From assembly GCF_000485595.1 (NCBI RefSeq), contig NW_014577077.1, positions 156,471-187,329 of the forward strand: a stretch of 30,859 nucleotides of DNA, read 5' to 3'. Of this stretch, positions 9,845 to 23,095 are shown one piece after another. The notes beneath the pieces were generated by a model that did not search any database, was not told the DNA's origin, and was given only the letters and a program-made list of their open reading frames with translations. Every line of letters starts with the position of its first letter. Positions within the stretch are counted from its first letter, which is position 1. The translations under genes and the position numbers were made by a program. This stretch comes from Priapulus caudatus. Taxonomy: Eukaryota.

Positions 9845-10985
9845 CAGTCTCACAGAACATGTGAATTATTGATGTAAGTGGAATCATATATAACGAACGA
9901 GTTATAAATTGTCTACAGATTTGCTTTATGTACTTATTTACCTGAGATTTTCCCGGGAGAAGTATATACCGGTGGTCTAACAACACTTTCAACTCGGATT
10001 CCACCAATGCGAAAACTATACATCTTCCCAAAACCAACTGCTTCTGGCTACGACCTGCCACGTATGCGGTATTTCCATTCTTATTACACACCGATCACGT
10101 ATTACATGCGAACCGATACTGACAAGTCTTCAATAAACCAATAATGACTGATTACGCGCAAGTCAGCATCACACACGTAAGATTCTGAAGCACATAAACA
10201 GAAGGCCAATGTGGCAGCGCGAGATCACAAACAGTGTGAGAAAAACCACGGACACGTTGTTATCAGCGAGATCCACTATCATCACAACAGTAGCATATGC
10301 GATAGCGGCGGACCCAGTAAATGCAGTAACGCCTGGGCCGCGGCTCTTCAGGGGTCGGGATGTTATGAAACCGCCGGCTGGCTAAATAAGCACCCCGTCT
10401 ACCTACATGTTATTGCTGCGGCGTAGAGCAAATGCACAAGGCGTCCTAATCGAAGTGTATGCCAGCCTGACAGCACATCACGAATCCTCGATGCACTGTA
10501 CGTGAACTATCACGGTACCAGCTTGTCGTTGACCAAGCTCGGGGAAAACTACGTCGCCACACAGCAGCTACGATGTATTCAGACAGTATAAACTTACTGT
10601 TTAAACTACAGCAATTCGACCAGTAGGTGTATATATCTACACTGCAAATTCGACCATGCACAGATGTGGTGCCCGAGCAGAGACGTTTCGAAGTAAAGCA
10701 AATGGCAACGATTTCGCAATATATCCAAGGCTAGACCACTGCAACCGATACATGCTGCTCCTAGAAGTAGCCAGCGGTCTAACTGCTGAAATCCTAACCC
10801 GTGAATGGGTTCTCGCGTAATAGCACAATCTCTTCGACTCGCTTACCGAGTCGAGAGGTGAAACTAGATTAGAAATGATACTGCCATTTGTTACCTTCAG
10901 TACGTCGAACCTTAGCCGGGATGATCCAGCCTGCAGGAACACAGAAGCGTATATCCGAGAGAAGAAGCGGACAGGCAGAGATGGA
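9845..10985 (+). pseudogene. Decayed LINE ORF2 5' region (endonuclease and linker)
   Basis: Degenerate motifs in the expected order across frames: SLTE, TGG, VCGI, VVISEI, TSRILDALYVN..LG (ILD at 10484-10492), then MILP..RDDP..YIREKKR, which resembles the post-endonuclease P......PW....I..K.R linker. Confidence 0.35.
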
Positions 10986-11935
10986 TGATGATAGCAAATG
11001 CAGTCAGTCGGCGGCAGAGGCAACGATTTTAAATCTATATTTAGCAGATGCTAGTTTATTACATACAGCACTCGTACACACGCACACTGCATAACACATG
11101 TGAGACTCAGCAGTTTCATCCGCAAGGCAGCATGGGATGCATGCGAGAGGCTGAGGACTCGATTGTTATTGATTTTTGCGAAATTAAATAGAATCACTCG
11201 AGGACAAAAGCCAGATGGGCTAGTGCACTTTCTAGGGTAGCACGCTACCAAACACAAATCCCAGAAAATATTTATCACCAAAATATCACAAAAAGGTGCG
11301 TCTGCTCACTGAAATGAGAGGACGTGGTAGATGTGTGAGGCTCATCGGGAAAATGTGGATACAGCTACAGAGACCGCGCCTCGTCCAGCAGAGTAAAATG
11401 CTCAGCACCACAGAAATACACCGACATCACGCGATGTGATCGTGATGGGAAGAAACACTAACCCGATTAATTCCCCACCTAGCATTACGAAACAATCGCA
11501 CTTCAAATCTAAAAGCATACACTGACAATTTGATTGCAATTGTTCAAGGAGCCGGAGGATAGCGATAAATAGCCCAGCATTACTTCACGTAAATAAATTA
11601 TAGCAGATGATCTGAGAAAACTCTGTACAATCTGTACGGATACGGACAAACCGAAATACGTAAGTGTAGACATAATAGGCTCAAATAAACCTAATGTTCC
11701 GTATGTATGACCGCGTGATAAATTTGTAAACTTTCTAGGCGAAGCAAGTCTACACGTTGATGCAGATCTTTTCCTTACTTACGAATACCAGAACATGAAC
11801 AAATGAAAACTTCTTAAGACGGTAACCATGAAAACTTAAGAGAGGAGGAGAATTACCCCCCCCCATTTTCGGAGAACTAACAATTTAACCTTGCATGTGC
11901 ATTGTTTCCCACTTACAATTCCTTCATTCATGTAA

Positions 11936-12450
11936 TTAGTTTTTAAGCATTTTCCAATTACCAGAGAATACAGTAATTATGTCCGCTGGTAACTGTACAT
12001 CGCGAATTAAAAGGCCCCGGTGAAAACTCATTACAGAAGGTAGTTTAGGATCCTCAAATGTCGAACGGTGCGATAATGAGTGTTTAGATGTGTATAGGCC
12101 TACATGATATTCGCTGTACCATCTCCACAGGCCTGTAACTGCAAGCCCATCAATCCTGCTGCACAGGCATTTAGAACCAGGAGGATACATAACACTTCCT
12201 AATAATTCATTAGCATCGCTTCTCAAAATTCCAATTAAACGGTCTATGAATGGCAGACGTGAAATTTACCGGCCGGATTATTCCGAGACTATATTTGCAT
12301 ACAGTGCGCTTCTGGATAGCCATCTATGGAAGTGTTGCTGGTAAATGATGTAATACATAGTAATGGTGTGCTCATAGGTCTTAACCTACATAAAGAAATC
12401 AATCAAATCATCTCAATGCAATCATCATTGGCCTTAAATTGGATTGTTAA
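11936..12450 (-). pseudogene. Decayed LINE endonuclease fragment
   Basis: Minus-strand motifs in order FNVN, SIDGY, LLGSVMYPPGS and CGD resemble LN..S, IDGY, .G..YRPP and .GDFN. The region has stops and frameshifts. Confidence 0.4.
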
Positions 12451-12499
12451 CATTGAATACGATGGCCCGACCGCGCGCGGTCAAGTACGCACGGACGCA

Positions 12500-12775
<276 letters not shown>

Positions 12776-13049
12776 TGCAATCGTACTTTACTCTTTCTAT
12801 GTGACCAACAGTTCAAGTTGAAAATAACGTAGCGAACTAAACCTACATTCCTGTGATAAAACAGGAAATGTGCCAAATTCGAGACACATGGCTACCATAT
12901 GGGTTTGAGTTGACATCCTTGGCTTCATTGAAACGTGTCTTTAGTTGGTGAGTGATTTGGAATTCTTAGTAAGCTTCGTCGATCTGCAGGTAGTCAACAT
13001 TAATTGCAAAGGCATGGTAGCGCTGATTGTGACAAAAATAAGGGAAAAC

Positions 13050-13390
13050 ATTTATCCGAATAAGTAACTGCACCAGTGAACAGTTTCAGAAAGGATCAAT
13101 AAACAAAAAATGGTATAGCAGGAATATCTGATCCATGTTTGCATCTGGCTGCATGTTGATGATGATGAACCATGTTTGCCTTTCAATTTTTAAATGGAAT
13201 TGATGAATTCTGTACATTTAATTGCTACTGCGTTACAAGGGTGGGCCGAGGCACACCTATTGTCTGGTTATCACCACCACCTTCGGAGATCTGTTAGTCT
13301 CATTATGTGTGATTCCCAGAGGGTAGATTGCTCACACAATTTTTTGATCTCTTGATGAGTCCTACATCGTGTATTATATAGTACATTATT
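13050..13390 (+). mobile_element. Possible LINE 3' end remnant
   Basis: IRISNCTSEQFQKGSINK (from 13054) loosely resembles the terminal IRN...CS...FK..LDK motif of CR1-group ORF2. It is followed by (GAT)n and a UTR-like stretch. Boundaries are uncertain. Confidence 0.25.
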
Positions 13391-15569
13391 GGGCATAAAA
13401 TGTTGTGTTATGTGTGATGTAACAGCGTGTTGCGAAACACACGCTTACATGCACACACTAAGACCAGCTGCCTCAACTTTCTAGTTCCATGATATACTGA
13501 CTTGCGAGTATATAAATAAGGACTTGCGAAATAAGGAAGCATTTACATAAAATGGCAACAACAACAACAACAACAAATCGGATGTACCAATGTGTGTGAG
13601 TGTTCCTGAACTGAGTTCCCATTAACACTGAAGACTAAAAATAACTAATATATAAAAATGAATTGCAATAGTTTTTGCACAGATTTCACGGTTATGTGAG
13701 GACAGATACACAGCAGCCACTTGTCAATGGGAAAATGGAATCAATGATAGTAAATAAAATCTAATTATGTTCGTCGATCCCCCTATCAATAGATGTGTAA
13801 TGGATTTGAAGTCAGCTAATATTTGTACCAATACACTGTTCAAAAACTCATGGCAAACGCACATATACGCTTAGATCTATATATAAAGGATGCGTAGGTG
13901 GCTTGTCGTGACATAACAAAGCCATACAAAAACATTTGATTAGCATATCAGTGTAATTAGGACCGGATATTGAGAACATAAAAATTCACTGTGATATACC
14001 AATACATTTTTATTACATTCACTGTCACCGTATTAATTTTGTTCTCATAACCAGCCATAGGCCTGGTATGCGTGAAGCCAGACAACCGCAGTTAGGCCTG
14101 TGCTGCCACCTGTGGGCAATTAAGTAATATTTGGGTTAGGGAATAGGAAAAGCACGGAGACAAACTGGGACAAAGGTAAAATATTCCCGTTAATTTTAAA
14201 AATATTCCTGCTAAAATAGCTATAATATATCAAACTTTTTCCATAATAATTTAACATTCAAGTTGACTGATTTAACTGGCATCCTATATTCCTGTAAACC
14301 GAGGTTTAGTTTTAATTTGCCGTAGTAAAATATTAGTTTAAATTTATCAACAGAGGCGGAGGGAGAAGCTTCAGACCAAAGGTTCTGCATGTTACTGTAT
14401 GTTTAATTTAACTTACGAAGTCGTAATGTGTATGTAAAGCAATGTATATGGTATTAACTTACTAGCCCCGCATATAATAACGATGGTAATATTTCGCGAG
14501 GTATAAAACTAGGTTCTGTACACATACTTGTCATTGTTGCTATTTTCGTTCGTTTATATTGTTGCAAAATATTTAATTTTCTTATTAGTAATAGTATTAC
14601 TTATCCATCGGGGGAAGCAAAATAATCATCGTCTACAAAAAGTACATTTCCTTACCTTCAGTGTATGTATGCCACGATCAATGGGAGGTTAAGCCGGCGC
14701 ATGAAAAAAAAAGAAGAAAACACATTATTATCACATTCAAACTATATAGCAGCTGCACGTATGCCGTACTCCTCTAAAAACAAAAACAAAATCACACGTT
14801 AACGTGTATGCGTACAGCCGTATTATAGATTGCCTTGATGGTTGCACCACAAGCTGATATAAAGTGAACATTATAAGCATGTTAGGATAGGAATCACAGG
14901 TTCGTTTACTTACACACACACAGTTCTTTGCCAGAATGGTATTATACGCAATTCATCAAACAAACAAGCTGTCGTTTTTCTTTTTTTATAGATGCGTCCA
15001 GTAATGCCCAATTATTGCTTTAGACACACATTGAAATGATTACTTGCTATTAGAAAAATACATAATTATATCATTTTCTTCAATGATATTTTTTACCAAC
15101 ACATACCGGCAGACATTTATACACATACATTACATCAAAACGTAGTGGATTTTAATAATAAATTAGCAAGTGGAATAATATATTTTTAACCTCATTTAAA
15201 AACGATACGGTTTGGTAATTAGCATGCCATGATTACTGTAATAATTTTTTCTGAGATTTTAGAAAGCTCAGCAGGACGGCCAATATTAAAAATCGGAATA
15301 AAAAACCGATGCGGGTTCGTTCATAGCCGATTCACTAGATGAAATTAAATGAAAACCAAAGCCCATACATTCTTTTCAACTGAAATGATATCTGCCCACT
15401 GACAGATATCAAAGATGTTAACTTCTGTCAAATGCAAATAATTTTAAAAATATAAGCAAAGATACAGTCATCTTATATATCCCTCAACAGCTTCCCATTA
15501 CATATTAAGACGTAATATATATTATATACTAGATTTATCATGTATGTATGTGCCTTCGTTCATGTGCGT

Positions 15570-15805
<236 letters not shown>

Positions 15806-15906
15806 AACCCTGAGGGTTCGGCTATAAGGGCGTTTGTTGTCAGACTACTGCGGTATATGCTTATGTACCGACTGTATGAGAGGCGATTGTGAAAACTATT
15901 TTGTTA

Positions 15907-16034
15907 TATCAAGAGCACTTAAACTATGCTAACCGCTCACGTACGCCTGATTATTCCGACGTTTTACGTCGGCATTTTGTTCTGCATTGTGTTTTTGTTA
16001 TTCGCCATTCCAACTTTCTTATACTCTCTTGATA
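15907..16034. mobile_element. Short diverged copy of the TATCAAGAG element family
   Basis: Inverted ends TATCAAGAG (15907-15915) and CTCTTGATA (16026-16034). The right end reverse-complements to TATCAAGAGAGTATAAGAAAGTTGGAATG, similar to the 3532 end. Internal hairpin CCGACGT-TTT-ACGTCGG. Confidence 0.55.
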
Positions 16035-16295
16035 ATAATATATATGTTTTTCTTTGATTATGTTATGACTTTGGTTGGACTTTAGTTCACGCTTCTGGCA
16101 GTTGCAGATAGGTGTTAGAGTGGAGAAAAAGTTGTGTTTATGGGTATATATGATTGCTGTTTGAATTATGCAACGGTTTCATTATTTGGTTGAATGAGCT
16201 AGGTGTACTAACACGTGATCAGAAGCACGACAATACCGGATCCCTTATTACCTGACACCTGATATGATTGTATCAGGAGTGAATAATAATTGGGC

Positions 16296-16534
16296 CTATA
16301 TTATTATTATCTATATTATTATCTCTATTATTATTATTTATATTATTATCTATATTATTATTATATATATTATTATCTCTATTATTATTATTTATATTAT
16401 TATCTATATTATTATTTATATTATTATCTATATTATTATCTATATTATTATTATTTATATTATTATCTATATTATTATCTCTATTATTATTATTTATATT
16501 ATTATCTCTATTATTATTATTTATATTATTATCT
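16296..16534. repeat. AT-rich minisatellite of 12-bp (TATATTATTATC) and 15-bp (T[A/C]TATTATTATTATT) units
   Basis: Directly visible; the two units often pair into a 27-bp higher-order repeat. Confidence 0.95.
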
Positions 16535-16535
16535 G

Positions 16536-16581
16536 TTATCAAGAGCGTATAAAGAAGGTACGCTTAATACGCTCGTGATAA
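16536..16581. mobile_element. 46-bp hairpin mini-copy of the TATCAAGAGCG element family
   Basis: TTATCAAGAGCGTAT (16536-16550) pairs with ATACGCTCGTGATAA (16567-16581) at 14 of 15 positions. The left end continues AAAGAAGG, identical to 2873-2894. Confidence 0.7.
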
Positions 16582-16830
16582 TATATACCTGATTGCCAAC
16601 CTGATTTAAAAGGGCACCGCGGGCGTTTTCCTTCAGTGACCGTTTTATACAAGTTTTATCGTAACGCTGTCCGCAGGGAGCCTAGCTAGACGTGACCGCC
16701 GCGTTTCTTTCCGCGTCTGTCACATAAATCTCTCACTCCGCTCTAATACCGAGTTATTACCACCGCGATAATTACTCCCCGCTGCCCCACCCGCGCCCTC
16801 TATAGTGTTGGCTGGACGTTGGGGTGTAAG

Positions 16831-17140
<310 letters not shown>

Positions 17141-19483
17141 TGCGCTTACTTTTACTTTTCTAATTTCGTTTCTGCCGTATAGTTCAGACGCCTCAGTACA
17201 TTGAATCATGCGGTATAGTATGGTCGAACACGATCATATAGATGCCTGCTTCAGCACGTGCTTTTTATGCTTATTGTGCATGTAGAATTCAGCACAGATG
17301 TGCGCTCGTAGCAGCACTAGCCTGTAGAGAACACAACCTAAGCGAACACATTCAATCAGCTCGTCTGCAAAAGTACGGCACTTGCCAATTGCAGAAAATT
17401 GCAGCAACCAGTCAGTAGCAGAAAATTGCCGCAACATGTCTAACGGAACTGTACAGTGCATGTATTCTGCATCTAGTACGATCAAGTCCGCAAAGCAACA
17501 CCTTTGAAGCACGAAGAAAGATGACTAGCCATTAACTATAGAAATTTGTTTGAAATATCTGGTACACGAACGTGCGACAGGAGTGAATTGATAATTCACC
17601 AATGGCTGCATAATTTACCGAATTTACTTACATACTTACTACATAGCCGTTTTGTATTGAGCAAATTTCGTATGTGATATTCTGCTGATAGCGTTTCGAG
17701 AGATGAAAGGAAGAAGCAAGACTACTTGAAAACCGAGCCGAACACATCCAACACAAAACCACTTTCTTGCAAACCATCAAGAAACGCGTGAAAATAATAA
17801 CTCTCATGGGAAAAGCTGTAGCCCATAAAATAAAACGATTAAGTGGTTTTTAGACGGGGTCGGTCTCGGTCCATCACACAAGCCCACACAACCGAAACAC
17901 GAATTGGTTACAGTCTAATATTTTTTATAAGTTCTGGAAACATCTGTAGTGTGACATTTAGTCTAATGGATAATTAAATTTTTCAAAAATCTGATCGTTG
18001 CAGCGAGATGCAAAAATGATCGTGTTCCAATGGATCGATAGGCAAATTAAAGTAAGCAAACGTGTGTGAGGTAGGGCGAAAATCACGCCCGAACATTAAC
18101 AATAATATCTGGTATATACTAGAATGGTTGACTTGGTTCATTTTCAAACCAAGAAGACCAAGAAGTGAATTTTTGAATCGTGATCTCATCACTTTACTAG
18201 TGAACGGAATCAAAATGCGTATATTTAATCAAGTATAAGTTACTAGCCGTTTTCCAGCGACATTTCTCCACAAAAGTTCTTCGATAGTACTGGAATAGAG
18301 CTGTTCGCAAACGCTCGCATATGTTATATCTCATAGAGATGCATGCACTGATGCGTATCGTGCAACAATAAGTGTTCCAGAACAACAGCGCACGCATTAC
18401 TACTACTTATCCCGTGATGCTGCTACTACCATACAGTCACTACATTAAAAAGTACACATTTCGAGTTTGACAGACCATCAACTGTAAATTACTTTCCATT
18501 CATTAACCACGGGTGCACTTGGTTAGAATATAACTCCTGAAATGAGTCTAGACTGACTTGAATTAACGCAAAACCTAGGATAGCAGGTGATGGCTAAGAC
18601 AAATGCATGCATCTTTAATCACGTATCGTGCATCAACACATTACTCCTATGAACCAAGCCAAAACACGGGGGTTGCATTAGTGATCTTCCTTTAACAAAC
18701 ACCCAAAGCGTGAAATAACTTGTAAATCTTAACTGTAAACTGTAAAATGTAAAATAGATGAACGTGTATGTAAATCGCGCCTACCACCCTTAGATGCACC
18801 ACTAACGATGTACATTAATTGTTCCTATAATTTCTTTTAACAGTCAACGAATCAAAGTCCTAGACTCATTCCGAGGGTTAAAGGTAACGCGTATTGGACT
18901 ACATCACTCAGAAAACCGCTAGCACATAAACCCCGAACCTAATTTAATATAATTTCTACAAATCAGACCATCCATATTTACAACAGGCAGTTCTGTTAGA
19001 CTTGCAACTTTTTCCTGCATAAAATACACTAGGAATCCACCCAATTACTAAGTATCACAGCAGCTTGTAAACGACATAATAATTTTTGCATACCTCAAAC
19101 AGGGCATTCTAATATTAATTCAATGCAATACTGAACGCATTTGTACAAGTTCTCCTCTTTGTGTAAATTTATTCTTTATATTCATTGAAACGACAGAAAT
19201 TGTTGATCTAGCATGTCTGCTTATAGTTTCTTATTTGCTTACGCCACTGATTCTGTCTACTGCACCAATCTTCACACTAAGACAAACTTTAGGCTGGCCC
19301 TGTACCCGGAACATAACAAGCAGAACTACTCAGATTTGTGTTGCAATCGCACGAGCGTACTATGCCAGCCTCTCGCCTTCTGTTTAAAGAGGAAATTGGA
19401 CATTAGGCAATTTTAGTTCTACCCTTTGATCTTTCTTGTGATTTTTGGATTGCTGTTCCATGTACGTTCCGGAAATAATCGCG

Positions 19484-19651
19484 GAACGAACGAACGCCAA
19501 TTACGGCGTCGCACGGACAACAACACTATATTGCGCGTAACATCGTAAATATTAGTCTTCAAAGTCCAAGGGACTATAACGAAGACGGAAAGAGACAAAG
19601 TTGTTCAAATAGACAGATCGACACTACCGCGGATCGCAGTAGAAAAAGCCT
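19484..19651 (-). mobile_element. 5'-truncated LINE 3' end, same family as 23923-24290
   Basis: 19489-19651 matches 23923-24085 at 161 of 163 positions. On the minus strand it ends in stem-loop ACGCC-GTAATT-GGCGT and a (TCGT)n tail. Confidence 0.85.
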
Positions 19652-19669
19652 AATACGTAAACGGTGCTG

Positions 19670-19740
19670 GCGCACGCACAACATACGCACGTACGCACGC
19701 ACCCCCGCACACGCTCGCACGCTCGCACATGCACACGCAG
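19670..19740. repeat. Degenerate (GCAC)n microsatellite
   Basis: Directly visible, imperfect. Confidence 0.8.
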
Positions 19741-20912
19741 GTAGAGACACTAGCGGCGTTCTATACAGGGTCGATTTGGAACCGGCGCTGTAATTCATAT
19801 AAATGATATTAACAGTTTTGGTAAAGTGTAAAATGTTCCCACGCGTCACGAGTAAAGTCGTGTTACTACACCCTTATGACAATACTGAGCGCTGTAATTA
19901 CATTTTTTTCTCTGCGCCCTCACACAATTCAAGAAAATTGCTTCGTCCGTGACATTTCCCACGTTCAAACTGCAGCAGGCACCTCGCCTATTTCAACCTG
20001 TCAAGTCATCGCTTTTCTGCCTCTAACCCACGCTTATACTGCCGAGATACAGATTTTCTTCCCCTCATCAGAAAATAACGGACCATATTTCCAACAAAAA
20101 GAGTGATTTTCTAGTTTTTCACACACTACAATAACATAATCCGTACAAATTACGGTAAGGTGACATGATGTCACGGAACTCTTTCACATATACATGCATA
20201 TGATATTATATAATAGTGAGATGCTCGTAAGGAAATATGAATAACAAGCACGAAGACAGCATCGTGCTCATGATTTAGTGAGCAAGCCGACCAGCGGTCA
20301 CGGTCCAATCAGTGGCATCGTGTCTAACGTGCTTACCAGACATTCTCATCATCAAATGCCTCAGAATTGCTAGGAATCTTTCTCAAACCCATGATCGGGG
20401 TTTCCTACAAAGGTTATCGTTAGGGAGTTCCGTCTCGTAATTTTAGCTGATAGCCGGTCATCGATCGCGAAGCATGCACCACTGTTACTAGCGATCATCG
20501 TGCGATGGCTGGCCAACTCGGTCGTGATCAGGCTGGGTGGGTGGTGGGTGGTTGGGGTCGCTTATACGCCGCTTCTCGGACACGAAATCTCAGACCTTTT
20601 CTCACGCCCGGTGAGTGAAAATCGTAGTGAAAATCTTACTGTTATAGGAAGAATTGAGCTTGCCTCTTTGCTCTACATGCCAACACCTACAGCGGTAATT
20701 GATTATTCCAGGTTCACTGAACCGGTGTTGAACACAGGCAGGAAGCACGCGATACGGATTGCTGTTAAATCAATTCGAGTAAGGACTGTATCCTGCCGCA
20801 CACATTCTAAGGTTCATGCGAATACCTTAATTGAAATATCGACGTGTTGATAAAGGCCAACTAATATTAAAACAGTGAATTAATTCGGGCAAACAAAATT
20901 GTTTTGTTAAAA

Positions 20913-20975
<63 letters not shown>

Positions 20976-21002
20976 AANNNNNNNNNNNNNNNNNNNNNNN
21001 NN
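20913..21002. repeat. (TC)n/(TA)n microsatellite ending at an assembly gap (20978-21002)
   Basis: Directly visible; 25 Ns. Confidence 0.95.
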
Positions 21003-21439
21003 ACCATGCCGATAAAGTCTATTATTAGAGTAAAGATTTACAAAACATGTCGGAACGCAGCATAACCTATTTATTCTCAAACGCCATCGCTACAAAGCGG
21101 GTATAGGCGCATCTACGGTCACAAATTTGGATTCATTTTGGTTATTTAAAAATTATATTATTGCGATATACAATGGCAATCTTTCTATAATGTACGTCGA
21201 TGCTTGTCAATTAAAACTGATTCTCTTACTCACTCATTTGTGTCCTTTTCTGTCGGTGAGCTACAGTGTCATTAGACACTTTCATTTATTTTGGGAGCTA
21301 TCGAGAACATGTCTTCTCCTCATGCAGGCTTCACAACAACAGCAGAAGCCTAGGAATGTGGAAGGAGACATGTTTCTCGAAGGAGAGGAAATACCAATTT
21401 TGCATTAAAGATATTGTCAATGAAATCTTCTAAAACGAA

Positions 21440-21922
21440 CCAGACGAGTGTGACACCACAGACTGTTTGTGTCTATATAATATGCTATATAATTGCCAAA
21501 CCCTACCTAATATGCATAATTTTTTTTTAATATCAAAACCACTAGCCCTTATTCATTCATATACCAAAAATTAGCAAAATCCGTTGAACCTGAACTGACT
21601 AATGGCAATTCCCATTTTTGCCAACAAATTGCGGTGGCTCGAAAGTACGTTGACTGGCGTGCTTCAACATAGGACGTTTAATATGGGAGCATAGCAGTAA
21701 CAACTATACCCAATTTCAAACATGTTATCGTTGACCGAAGCGAAATGTTGACGGACGGACGGACGGACGGACGGACGGACGGACGGATGGACGAACGGAC
21801 GTACGACGACCCATGGCAATAGCTCAGCTTGACGATGTCAAGGTGAGCTAACCGGACGGACGTATGACGTACGACGACCCATGGCAATAGCTCAGCTTGA
21901 CGATGTCAAGGTGAGCTAAAAA
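21440..21922 (-). mobile_element. DINE-1/HINE-like non-autonomous Helentron-type element with duplicated terminus
   Basis: On the minus strand: a T-run, terminal hairpin TAGCTCACCTTGAC-ATC-GTCAAGCTGAGCTA (13 of 14 stem positions), then a (GTCC)n microsatellite (21750-21800). This is the known DINE-1/HINE layout. The right boundary is clear; the left boundary is a guess. Confidence 0.7.
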
Positions 21923-22689
21923 TTGACACATGATTCTATTTTTATATGTTTATATATATATATATAAGTGTTGCATTAGTTTACATTTATCCGCTTTTTA
22001 ACAAATCATCGCAGGAATATTTGTATCGTGCGGGGGCATATAATACGTTTCATGACAAACACTCACAACAGAAACCATTGCCACTGTAACTATAGCAATT
22101 TGCGAGCATTTGAATCATATAATAAATCAAGCTGGCACACAGGTGGCGTATACACGAGCGGTTAGTTATAGTTACTTGGTAGAGAAATTACTAGGCTAGT
22201 GAACTATTGGGAGGTTATCTTCGAAATAATCCGCACGTTAGAGCAATTTGATTGTAAGTTCCAGCGTGTTATATATGGTCTAGTGAATGTTCTCCCATCA
22301 GCATAGCCATGCACTCATTTTATTGCTCACAATAGTATTGATAGCGTGATGATTAATGTTTAGAATGGTTAATTTACGTATAGGGCATGGTTCGGACAAA
22401 CAATGGTTCAACATTTACTTGAAATATGTTCTCTCGAGCAGATATGCATATAAGCTTGGTAATCCAGACGATCACAGGAAAGCTAGGACTGCGTTTGCAG
22501 TTATTCTCTTAATTGATTTTATTATCAGAAATTGCTGTGTAAAGAGTCAGTATATGACAGTATATACAAAACAATCCGTCAACAAAGCTATAGATGCTTG
22601 TGAAAATGGTTGTATTCACTTTTTGGCGCAATAGTAATAGCAGCTTTTATTGTTACGTAGCTGTAGCTAACCCAATTTCTTTTTATATT

Positions 22690-22768
22690 GAGGAAGAGGG
22701 TGAGCGGAGGGTGGAATGAGAAAGGCAGGGAGGCGGGGGAAGGGAAAGTAAGGACGGAGAGAAAGAGC

Positions 22769-22813
<45 letters not shown>

Positions 22814-22865
22814 AGAGGAAGAGGAAGAGTGAGTGTGTGTGTGTGGTGTGTGTGTGTGTGGTGTG

Positions 22866-22909
<44 letters not shown>

Positions 22910-23095
22910 TGCGTGATGTGTGCTGGAAGAGAAGAGAGCGAGAGAAAGAGGAGAGAGAAAGAGTAGAGGAGAGAGTCGAGAGTGAGACGATGAGCGGAGG
23001 CGAGAGAGAGACGAGTAGAGAGAGAAGAGAGAGAGAAAGAGAAAGAGAGAAGAGCAGAGAGAAAGAAGAAAGAGAGAGAGAGAGAGAGAGAGAGA
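22690..23095. repeat. Purine-rich compound (GA)n-(GT)n-(GA)n low-complexity block
   Basis: Directly visible. Confidence 0.95.

Noticed and set aside
10834..10854. 8-bp-stem hairpin TCGACTCG-CTTAC-CGAGTCGA
   Set aside because: Short enough to occur by chance in 31 kb, with no supporting context.
16264..16592. Ile-, Tyr- and Asn-rich ORFs
   Set aside because: These are translations of the AT-rich minisatellite.
21798..21919. CRISPR-like palindromic direct repeats
   Set aside because: Only two 54-bp units, a 14-bp spacer derived from the adjacent microsatellite, no cas genes, and a eukaryotic context. A duplicated Helentron-type terminus explains it.
22356..22634. Possible RT relic (FNIYL, RYA, RKARTAF)
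   Set aside because: The motifs are too short and too compressed in spacing to support without a profile search.
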